Shown here piece after piece: positions 18,435 to 26,531 of a stretch of DNA of 64,000 nucleotides (the first letter of the stretch is position 1; every line of letters starts with the position of its first letter). The notes under the pieces are model-generated. The model had not been told where the DNA came from. It ran no database searches and saw only the letters and a list, made by a program, of their open reading frames with translations. Both the position numbers and the translations under genes were made by a program. Source of the stretch: Candidatus Micrarchaeota archaeon (lineage in GTDB: Archaea > Micrarchaeota > Micrarchaeia > Anstonellales > Bilamarchaeaceae); contig JBBSVN010000007.1 of assembly GCA_038046765.1 (NCBI GenBank), positions 32,001 through 96,000 on the forward strand, given 5' to 3'.

Positions 18435-18833
18435 CTATAAAATAGCTTTGCGTATTTCTTCTTCTTGTTCTTTTGTTAATCCCATTATTTTTACTAAATC
18501 AGTTATTACTTTTCTTATTGATTCTTCTTGGTTGGGCATTTGGTTTAGCTTTAAAGCAGATATCTTGTACTTCGCAATAGTTATTGCAATTTCTGTTAAT
18601 TCTGGTTTTGAGCAGTACCATTTTGCAAAATTTATTGCTTCATGACAATTTCCTGTTTTTAAGTATTCCATAACTGCACTTTTTACTGTGCTTGTTCTTA
18701 CCTGGTCAAAGTTCATTTCTAATGCAAAATCTGCTAATCTAGTTAATCTATCTATAAGTGGCCCACTAAATGCTCCTCTTAATCCCCCTGCATGTTTTAC
18801 TACTGCGCTTGTTCTTGTGTTGCTTAATTGCAT
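18435..18833 (-). CDS. hypothetical protein
   Basis: Helical orphan ORF in an otherwise non-coding gap. Confidence 0.55.
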   Translation of the reverse strand: MQLSNTRTSAVVKHAGGLRGAFSGPLIDRLTRLADFALEMNFDQVRTSTVKSAVMEYLKTGNCHEAINFAKWYCSKPELTEIAITIAKYKISALKLNQMPNQEESIRKVITDLVKIMGLTKEQEEEIRKAIL

Positions 18834-18912
18834 AAAAATCATTTGTACTCTTGTTTCTTAATATGCATATGTATGCAAACATTTAAATATACTTTTGATA
18901 ACAAATTATGCT

Positions 18913-19098
18913 ATGTCAACACCAGTTCTTAAGTTAAAACCTAAAATTCGTCCTACAAGAGAACAAATTGAAGTCGCACAAAGAAGACGTGAATGGGAAA
19001 AATACTCGCTCTGCGGTAATCGATCTGATGTATTAAGCGGAATTCCGGGCACAAGGGAATTTATGGGTAAAATCAGATATCTCAAATTCTATTACTAG
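18913..19098 (+). CDS. small hypothetical protein
   Basis: 61-aa basic ORF after a TTTAAATA box. Confidence 0.45.
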   Translation: MSTPVLKLKPKIRPTREQIEVAQRRREWEKYSLCGNRSDVLSGIPGTREFMGKIRYLKFYY

Positions 19099-19160
19099 TA
19101 TATTTTTATATTTCATTAAACATACTATTATTTATCAAATATAATTATAGGTAAAAAATC

Positions 19161-19892
19161 ATGATCGGAATAATTCTAGCAGCTGGAAGAGGAACGAGGC
19201 TTAGACCTTTAACCTATGCAATACCTAAACCGTTACTTCCCGTAGGAGGAAAACCAGTCTTAGAATATGCGATTGAAAATCTAAAAGCATGTAAGGAAAT
19301 TAAAAAGATCTATGTTGCAGTATCTCACTCAAGAGAACTAATTGAAAATTATTTACAGCATGTTGACTATGGAATTGAAATTGAAACCGTACACACGCTA
19401 GGCTGGGAAACTGGCGGAGATTTAAAAACAATAATTACATCAAAAGAAATAACTGATAACGTCATTGTTGCTTATGGCGATATTGTATCAAAAATAGACG
19501 TAAATGAAATGCTTAATTTTCATAAAAAACAAAATAAACCTGCAACAGTTGCGCTTTTTGCTGTTCCAAAAGAAGACGTTTATAGGTTTGGAATTGCCGA
19601 GGTTCAAAATAACTTAGTAAAACGGTTTGTTGAAAAACCAAAGCTTGAAGATGCGCCATCTAATTTGGCAAATGCTGGTTATTACATACTTGAAAAAAGT
19701 GCTTATTCTAAATTAGTTATGGAAAAGAAAAAAGTTGAAGAAACACTATTTCCTGAGCTTGCGCCATCGGGTAACTTGGCTGGTTATGTTTGCAAACCAG
19801 ATTATTGGCTCGATATCGGTACAATCGAATCATATAGAAAAGCTAACCGAATGATCGAAGGAATTATTGCGCCTAATGTGAATGGAAAGTGA
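19161..19892 (+). CDS. NDP-sugar pyrophosphorylase / nucleotidyltransferase
   Basis: ILAAGRGTRLRPLT..PKPLLP, YGD, FVEKP, WLDIG. Confidence 0.93.
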   Translation: MIGIILAAGRGTRLRPLTYAIPKPLLPVGGKPVLEYAIENLKACKEIKKIYVAVSHSRELIENYLQHVDYGIEIETVHTLGWETGGDLKTIITSKEITDNVIVAYGDIVSKIDVNEMLNFHKKQNKPATVALFAVPKEDVYRFGIAEVQNNLVKRFVEKPKLEDAPSNLANAGYYILEKSAYSKLVMEKKKVEETLFPELAPSGNLAGYVCKPDYWLDIGTIESYRKANRMIEGIIAPNVNGK

Positions 19893-19898
19893 AATAAA

Positions 19899-20061
19899 AT
19901 GAACGCTATACCTATTGCTAGAATCGTTTACGAAAATTCTGATAAAGACATAACTAAATGCTTTGGACTTTGGGAAAATTTACCAAAAAAAAGAAACCGA
20001 TCTTATTGAAACAGAAGCAATTAAGGCTAGAAAAGCTAAATGGAGAAAGATAAAAATGTGA
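19899..20061 (+). pseudogene. possible frameshifted antitoxin-like (VapB-type) small gene
   Basis: Removing one A from the A8 run (19985-19992) gives MNAIPIARIVYENSDKDITKCFGLWENLPKKETDLIETEAIKARKAKWRKIKM, resembling archaeal antitoxin C-termini (FGxW motif). Confidence 0.3.
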
Positions 20062-20103
20062 AATCTATACGTAGTACAAGACATATCAAATAAAGTGTTA
20101 TAT

Positions 20104-21039
20104 ATGAAAATTCTAGTAACAGGAGGAGCGGGATTTATTGGTTCATCAACCGTAGATGCTTTACTTAAAGAAGGATACGATGTACGTGCACTAGATAATT
20201 TTGAGCCTTACTACTCGCCAGAACAAAAAAGAAAAAATCTTGAAAATGCAAGAAAAAATAAAAACTTTGAATTAATCGAAGGAGATATTACTAATTTAGA
20301 AATTGTTAAAAAAGCGGTTTCTGGCGTAGATGCGATAATTCACCAGGCAGCCCAAGCTGGTGTTCGCGCGTCAGTAGATAATCCTGCTAAAACTAATCGT
20401 ATAAATATCGATGGAACTTTAAACGTTCTTACTTGTGCAAAGGATGCTGGAATTAAAAAAATAGTTTTTGCTTCTTCATCTTCTGTTTATGGAAAAGTAA
20501 AATATTTGCCTTTTGATGAATTGCACCCAACTAACCCAGTTTCCCCATACGGCGTTAGCAAACTAGCTTGCGAACATTATTGCAGAGTATTTTCCGAGCT
20601 TTATGGTTTAGAAATTCCGATGCTTAGATATTTTACTGTTTATGGTCCGCGTATGCGTCCTGATTTAGCAATAAATATTTTTATGCATAAAATGATCAAA
20701 AACGAATCAATTACGCTCTTTGGGGACGGATTAAAGAGCAGGGATTTTACTTACATTGATGATGTCGTTAGCGCAACCATCCTGGCATTAGAGAAAGGTA
20801 AAACAGATACTTTCAATGTTGGGGGCGGAAACTATTGCATAATGAATGAGTTAATCGAAAAGCTAATGCAGATAACTAATAGCAAATCTAAAATAATTAA
20901 AATAGAAAATGCTAAAGGCGATGCTGAACATACTAAAGCGGATAACAAAAAAGCAAAAGATATTTTGGGATGGAAACCTAAGGCGAAACTCGAAGAAGGA
21001 CTTAAAATTTACTACGAATGGATTTTGAAGAATGAGTAA
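20104..21039 (+). CDS. NAD-dependent epimerase (UDP-glucuronate/UDP-glucose 4-epimerase-like)
   Basis: GGAGFIG, AAQAGVRAS, ASSSSVYG, YGVSK, RYFTVYGPRMRPDLA. Confidence 0.9.
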   Translation: MKILVTGGAGFIGSSTVDALLKEGYDVRALDNFEPYYSPEQKRKNLENARKNKNFELIEGDITNLEIVKKAVSGVDAIIHQAAQAGVRASVDNPAKTNRINIDGTLNVLTCAKDAGIKKIVFASSSSVYGKVKYLPFDELHPTNPVSPYGVSKLACEHYCRVFSELYGLEIPMLRYFTVYGPRMRPDLAINIFMHKMIKNESITLFGDGLKSRDFTYIDDVVSATILALEKGKTDTFNVGGGNYCIMNELIEKLMQITNSKSKIIKIENAKGDAEHTKADNKKAKDILGWKPKAKLEEGLKIYYEWILKNE

Positions 21040-21066
21040 ATGTGCAAATTATCTTAAGCTGGTCAA

Positions 21067-22536
21067 ATGGCAAATGAGCAACAAATTCTTGAACCGACTA
21101 AAGCGAAAGACTTAGAATTAAGTAAAACAATTCCCGTATTAAAAACTCAAATTCTTATTGATAAAATTTCAAAACATCTCGAGCGATTTAAGGAAATACT
21201 GGAATTGAATAAAGAAAAAATACGTAAATTTGATTATGAACAAGGCGGAATTGCGATTCGAGATATTTCGGCATATTATAAAAAAACCGTTAAAGAACAA
21301 AAACAGGATTTAAAATGGTTAGACTCATTTGAAGGATTTCTAGCTGTTACAGTGGATTACCTGGAAGAATCATCAAAAAAACTGAAAAATCCCGAAAAAC
21401 TGAGCCCTCTTGCTAATGCATTTTTTTCTATTCAAAGCTTTTTAAGTGGTAAAGTAATAAATGATTTTGGGGATGCTCAAAAAATCAAAGCATGGACTAA
21501 AATATTTCCAAAAGTAAGAGATTTAATGTATGTGAATAATCTAGCTGTGCTTGTATTTTATGCTAAGCATTTCGATGTCCTTAAGTTTGATTTAGAAAAA
21601 GTTGAAAATGTAGAAAAATTAATTGGAAAATACAGTTCTAAAGGTTTTTTAGATGAACCAGAGCATGATAAAGCTTATTATAATGCACGCATTCTTTTGC
21701 ATTATATATTTGATAATCCTAATTTCGAGCCAAGCGAATCATTTGGTGTTAAATTTGCCGATTTTAGCAATAGTGTAAATCGTCTAATTGCTTTGCGTAT
21801 AAAATTTGAAGAAAAAGTCAAACAATTTAATCAATATAATTTATCTGAAAGTGATGATTATTCATTACTTATTGTTAAATCCTATTTCGAACTAAAACAA
21901 AGAAATATTAAATTAGATGTGCTAATCTCAGAAATTCAAAATCGAGTCGAAGAAAAAATTTCTAAACTAGCCAATTTTTCTAAATTTAACAAAGGTAAAC
22001 TCGAAAATTTAAGAAAATCTGCAGATTATCCACACGGCTTAACTGGTTTAGTTCGCCAAGGTGAAGCTGCTTTTATAAGTAAATCTAGTCGTTCTAAAGA
22101 AATCGGTCTATATACCGCCCGAGCAGAAATGTGCAGTATCGTTGTAACTGTTTCGCGTGATGAAAATGGTGAAATATCTGCAGTTGGTTTATCCCATGTT
22201 GATCCTGGAACCGAAGATGAGGAACTTAAAAAATTGTTTGTTACTGCCAGAAAATATGGTAAGGTCGAAATAAGTATTGTAAGCGGTACGCTCTTCAAAT
22301 CTCAGAATCTTTTTGATATTGCTAGTTTGTATGGAAAAGTTGTTTTTGTAAATTGCGACATTAACGGAGAACGAGACGATGCTTTAGCGGTAGATAAAAA
22401 CGGAAATTTATACTATGGCGAAAACAAGCGTTTAGATAAAGCAGCAGAAAAGATTGGTGGTTTTGGAAGAGACGAAGTTAGAGAAAAGGAAGACTACAAA
22501 ATATTCTATGATCGAGTTTTTGAAGTAAAAAACTAA
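21067..22536 (+). CDS. hypothetical protein with C-terminal CheD/CNF1/NTAN1-like Cys-His deamidase domain
   Basis: VRQGE..IGLYTARAEMCSIVV..VGLSHVD pattern in the last ~170 aa; helical N-terminal region. Confidence 0.55.
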   Translation: MANEQQILEPTKAKDLELSKTIPVLKTQILIDKISKHLERFKEILELNKEKIRKFDYEQGGIAIRDISAYYKKTVKEQKQDLKWLDSFEGFLAVTVDYLEESSKKLKNPEKLSPLANAFFSIQSFLSGKVINDFGDAQKIKAWTKIFPKVRDLMYVNNLAVLVFYAKHFDVLKFDLEKVENVEKLIGKYSSKGFLDEPEHDKAYYNARILLHYIFDNPNFEPSESFGVKFADFSNSVNRLIALRIKFEEKVKQFNQYNLSESDDYSLLIVKSYFELKQRNIKLDVLISEIQNRVEEKISKLANFSKFNKGKLENLRKSADYPHGLTGLVRQGEAAFISKSSRSKEIGLYTARAEMCSIVVTVSRDENGEISAVGLSHVDPGTEDEELKKLFVTARKYGKVEISIVSGTLFKSQNLFDIASLYGKVVFVNCDINGERDDALAVDKNGNLYYGENKRLDKAAEKIGGFGRDEVREKEDYKIFYDRVFEVKN

Positions 22537-22610
22537 TAACCTTTAAAAACTTATTACGAGTGGATAAATAATAACGAATAAAGAATCTATTTTACTTAAG
22601 GTGTTTATCC

Positions 22611-23537
22611 ATGAAAGAAAAACTACTCGATATTATTGTCTGCCCAACTTGTAAAGGAAACCTGAACTTAAAAGCAACTAAACAGATAAATGATGATGTT
22701 GAAGAGGGGATGCTTAATTGCAGGAAATGCAAGGTTGGTTATAATATCATAAATTCTGTTCCTCGTTTTGTTCCAGATGATGATTATGTAGAAAACTTTA
22801 GCATGGAGTGGAACACTCATAAAGTAACTCAATTAGATTCTAGAACCGGAAGAAATGAATCTGAAGAAACATTCAAGGAAGTTACTGGTTTTAACCAAAA
22901 AGACCTAAAAGGAAAACTCGTTTTAGATGTTGGATGCGGATCAGGTAGATACTTAGAAATCGCATCCAAATTTGGTGCAGAAGTTGTTGGCATTGATTTA
23001 AGTTTTGCAGTTGATGCAGCACAAGAAAACTTAGGAAAACAAAAAAATATGCACATAATTCAGGCTAATGTTTTTAGTTTGCCATTTAAGGAGGATACTT
23101 TTGACATCATTTACAGTATAGGCGTCCTTCACCATACACCTGATTGTAAAAAAGCATTTATGTGCTTACCAAATCTGCTTAAAAAACCAGGTAAAATTAG
23201 TATCTGGTTATACTCTAAAAAATTACATTTCATTGCAACAGACGTACTAAGAATTGTTACTACTAGAATGAATAAACATCATCTTTACGGTTTATGTAAA
23301 ACTGTCGTGCCGCACATTTATGCTGCAACAAGGGTGCCTTTAGTTGGTTATCCATTTCGAGCGTTTATTTCAACTCACCATCACCCAGAGTGGCGAGTTC
23401 TAGATACGTTTGACTGGTATTCTCCAAAATATCAAAGCAAGCACAGCAACAACGAAGTAATACAGTGGTTCAATGAAGCTGGGCTTAAAAATGCAAGAGC
23501 CTTAACCAAGGATACTTCGGTTACTGGTGAGAAATAA
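22611..23537 (+). CDS. Trm112-like Zn-finger fused to class I SAM methyltransferase
   Basis: LLDIIVCPTCKG..C..C..YNIINSVPRF; VLDVGCGSG; SIGVLHHT. Confidence 0.88.
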   Translation: MKEKLLDIIVCPTCKGNLNLKATKQINDDVEEGMLNCRKCKVGYNIINSVPRFVPDDDYVENFSMEWNTHKVTQLDSRTGRNESEETFKEVTGFNQKDLKGKLVLDVGCGSGRYLEIASKFGAEVVGIDLSFAVDAAQENLGKQKNMHIIQANVFSLPFKEDTFDIIYSIGVLHHTPDCKKAFMCLPNLLKKPGKISIWLYSKKLHFIATDVLRIVTTRMNKHHLYGLCKTVVPHIYAATRVPLVGYPFRAFISTHHHPEWRVLDTFDWYSPKYQSKHSNNEVIQWFNEAGLKNARALTKDTSVTGEK

Positions 23538-23568
23538 TTTTTTTCCTTTTTATAATTTAATTTTCAAT

Positions 23569-23949
23569 CTATTTCATTCCTAGATAACTTTCAATATCTT
23601 TTAATGTGGATAATTTGACTAGAAACAATGCTAGAAACATTGCGCCTACTACTGCAAAATCCTGGTTTGGAATTGGGCTTAAAAAAATATTTACTATAAA
23701 TGCCATACAAAAATAAACTATCATAAATAAGAATGCTTTTGAAACTGCATTGGCTGAACTAAGTTTTAATTCATTCTCAGATAAAAATTTGTTTCTCTGG
23801 TTTCCAAAAATAATTCCTATTATCGCAATTATAATTAGTAATAAAACTACTAGTTTCATACTTGATCTGTCCAAAAAGCTACCTATAATAACAAGGATAA
23901 ATGAAACGAAAAGAAGAATTTGGAATACGTTGCTTTTTTTACTAAACAT
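23569..23949 (-). CDS. four-TM membrane protein
   Basis: Four hydrophobic segments; GAGGT SD. Confidence 0.65.
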   Translation of the reverse strand: MFSKKSNVFQILLFVSFILVIIGSFLDRSSMKLVVLLLIIIAIIGIIFGNQRNKFLSENELKLSSANAVSKAFLFMIVYFCMAFIVNIFLSPIPNQDFAVVGAMFLALFLVKLSTLKDIESYLGMK

Positions 23950-23986
23950 GTTATTTTACCTCTATGTCTAACAGTTAATAATTCTC

Positions 23987-24094
23987 CTAATTTAAAACAC
24001 CAAATGCGAGTATCGCACCGACTAAAAGTATTAAGAGCAATATCGCCCACCCATAGTTAGTAAGAAAATCTGTTTTTTCACTTTTCTTTGCCAT
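23987..24094 (-). CDS. 35-aa pilin-N-terminus-like peptide
   Basis: Manual translation MAKKSEKTDFLTNYGWAILLLILLVGAILAFGVLN; YGWAIL motif typical of archaeal class III signal-peptide pilins. Confidence 0.55.
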   Translation of the reverse strand: MAKKSEKTDFLTNYGWAILLLILLVGAILAFGVLN

Positions 24095-24156
24095 GTTGAT
24101 ATAAAATAAGACAAGGTATAAAAATGTGCTTCGTACTTTCACTCACTTTCTTTTAG

Positions 24157-24384
24157 ATAAATGAAGATAAGGTTTTATCTGACACCATTCTTTTCGAAAC
24201 CTTAACGGTAATTAATTATAAAAGAAATACTCAATTCTGTAAAGCTGTTTATCAGGAGTTGGTGGATAACCAAGACCTAATATTATTTTATCTTAATGAG
24301 TCGGAACGAATTGAAATTCTAAATAAATTCCCTAATCAAAAAGGTAAATCAGAAATAGATCTATTGATGAAACAATCCGCTTAA
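24157..24384 (+). pseudogene. PIN-domain (VapC-like) toxin remnant
   Basis: Open frame with no start codon at its 5' end: INEDKVLSDTILFETLTVINYKRNTQFCKAVYQELVDNQDL..., resembling the central PIN segment; N-terminal D-T/S motif missing. Confidence 0.4.
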
Positions 24385-25698
24385 ATTTAAACCATTTAAC
24401 TTTACCTTAGCCATTTTCACGTCAACTAGAAAAGCGCTAGCTGCAACTAAAATAATTAATGGTTCAACAGGAATCCTAAATCTGTAATTAGCAACAGGCC
24501 CTACTGCTACTATATTATATAAAATAAGCGTAATTACAAGGAAAATCAACGCATAATTTTTCATCTGATAAAGTTTTTTTAAGCCAGAGATAAATAATGC
24601 GTAAAGTCCTAGTGTATAAATTACTGATAGAGTCAAAATAACTGCATAGAAACTATTTTTGCTTAGGTAGTCTAGTAAAAATCCAATGTCAAATCCTTTC
24701 TTTAGGTAAATATAAGTTAAGCTCACTGCTTCTTGCTCGCGGCCCACGGTTTTTAATAGATTATTTGGTGTTGTCGGAACAAAAAATGTTATTGCACCTT
24801 TCACATACTGTTTAGCATAAAGCAATGGGTTAGCTAGTACAAATGTATTTATTTTGGGTGTGAGTGCTTCTAGCTCTTCAAGTGGCCTGCGCTGACACTC
24901 TTCAAAACTGGATAATTTATTTTCTTTTATAAAATCCTTCCACTCGGGGTTATCTAAGCCAACATCATTAGCTAAATAAACGCCATTCCAGCAAACATAG
25001 TTTACTGTGGAAATCGCACTATATGTTATTTTATCAAGTACAATAAAATTACGGACTAGCCAAATCGAGGATATTGCAAGTGCAATCATGGCAATCTCAA
25101 TACTTTGTCTTCTGTTTTTGGTTTTTAAGTAATTGTAAATTGCAAAAACAATTGGATAAAATATCGCAACTGGTTTGATTAAAATTAATATTCCCAGTAG
25201 TATGCTAGATGTGTTCTTTTTATCATTTACAAAATAATAAATTGCTAATAAGAATACTGTAGTAAACAAGCTTTCAGTTAAAATCTTGAAAAAGAAGGAA
25301 ACAAATAATGGGCTAATTGCGTAAAGTGCCGCGGCAACGTATGCAATCTTTTCGCTCTCTTTCCTACCTTCAAAATATTTTTTTGTTATTAAATAAATCA
25401 GGTAAATATTTGCAAAATCTAGTAAAAGTTGCACTCCTGCAATTGCTAAATCATTTAATCCGATTGAATAAAAAATTCCTAAAAATGCTGGATAACCGGC
25501 TACTCTGAATAAAGAGGCCTGTTTAGCTTCTGGGCTCTGTAAAAGAAAATCTCCTTTAGATAGTGCCTTGCCCATTACGGTGTATCCATCTGAATCAGGA
25601 TCATAAATCGCGTTTTGGTTGCCAAGTGCAATACTGGAAAATATTAAAGCACGAAGTAAAAATGCGATTATTAAAATCGTTAATAGTTTTTTATCCAT
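24361..25698 (-). CDS. GT-C fold membrane glycosyltransferase (ArnT/PMT-like)
   Basis: DSDGY after TM1, RVAGYPAFL, ILTESLF, IKP, WLVRN, RFRIPVEP; many TMs. Confidence 0.85.
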   Translation of the reverse strand: MDKKLLTILIIAFLLRALIFSSIALGNQNAIYDPDSDGYTVMGKALSKGDFLLQSPEAKQASLFRVAGYPAFLGIFYSIGLNDLAIAGVQLLLDFANIYLIYLITKKYFEGRKESEKIAYVAAALYAISPLFVSFFFKILTESLFTTVFLLAIYYFVNDKKNTSSILLGILILIKPVAIFYPIVFAIYNYLKTKNRRQSIEIAMIALAISSIWLVRNFIVLDKITYSAISTVNYVCWNGVYLANDVGLDNPEWKDFIKENKLSSFEECQRRPLEELEALTPKINTFVLANPLLYAKQYVKGAITFFVPTTPNNLLKTVGREQEAVSLTYIYLKKGFDIGFLLDYLSKNSFYAVILTLSVIYTLGLYALFISGLKKLYQMKNYALIFLVITLILYNIVAVGPVANYRFRIPVEPLIILVAASAFLVDVKMAKVKLNGLNLSGLFHQ

Positions 25699-25804
25699 AG
25701 TTTCACATTCGTCTTCTGGCTCACTGCTCATGGCGCATTGCTCACTGCTACTATTAATAGTATCCTTTTAAATATTTTAAACTATTCTTATTTTTGGGTT
25801 ATTT

Positions 25805-26527
25805 ATGAAAGAAATATCTATTCAAAGAACACCATCTGGAATTCCTGGACTTGACACTGTAACAAATGGCGGATTCATAAAAAATAGTGTAATCCTTGTT
25901 CGGGGCGGGACAGGTACTTGTAAAACTACGATGGCAACACAGTTTCTTGTAAACGGATCAAAAGAAGTAGACGAGAATAGCGCGTTTATCAGTTTTTCCG
26001 AAACAAAAGAATCAGTATATGCTACAGCAAAGGGTTTTGGCTGGGATTTAGATAAACTTGAAAAACAAGGCAAATTTGCTTTTATAAAATACTCTCCTTA
26101 CGAAGTTGAAAAAGTTGTTGCTGAAGGCGGGGGTACAATAAGAGATACCATCGAGGAGATTGGTGCCAAGCGGCTTGTTATTGACTCCTTAACTGCATAT
26201 TCATTGCTATTTCAGAATGAATACCGTGCGACAGAATCAATTTTGCAGTTATTTGATACTTTAAAATCTTGGGATTGTACTGTACTTGTTACTGACGAAA
26301 TTGAAGTTCGTCCCCAATCAGTAAGCGCAGGCAGGCTAGGATTTCTTACAGATGGAATTATGAATACATATTACCTTCGAAGCGGAAACGGGAGGGTCAG
26401 GGCTCTTGAAGTTCTAAAAATGCGGTACAGTACGCATTCTGATAAAATCGTACCATTTGAAATAAATAGTAAAGGTATCAGTGTTTATCCAAACAAAAAA
26501 ATAACGCTCCCGCTTATAACAAGGTAG
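25805..26527 (+). CDS. KaiC/RAD55-family single-domain ATPase
   Basis: RTPSGIPGLD, Walker A GGTGTCKT, RLVIDSLT, RALEVLKMR. Confidence 0.92.
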   Translation: MKEISIQRTPSGIPGLDTVTNGGFIKNSVILVRGGTGTCKTTMATQFLVNGSKEVDENSAFISFSETKESVYATAKGFGWDLDKLEKQGKFAFIKYSPYEVEKVVAEGGGTIRDTIEEIGAKRLVIDSLTAYSLLFQNEYRATESILQLFDTLKSWDCTVLVTDEIEVRPQSVSAGRLGFLTDGIMNTYYLRSGNGRVRALEVLKMRYSTHSDKIVPFEINSKGISVYPNKKITLPLITR

Positions 26528-26531
26528 AAAA

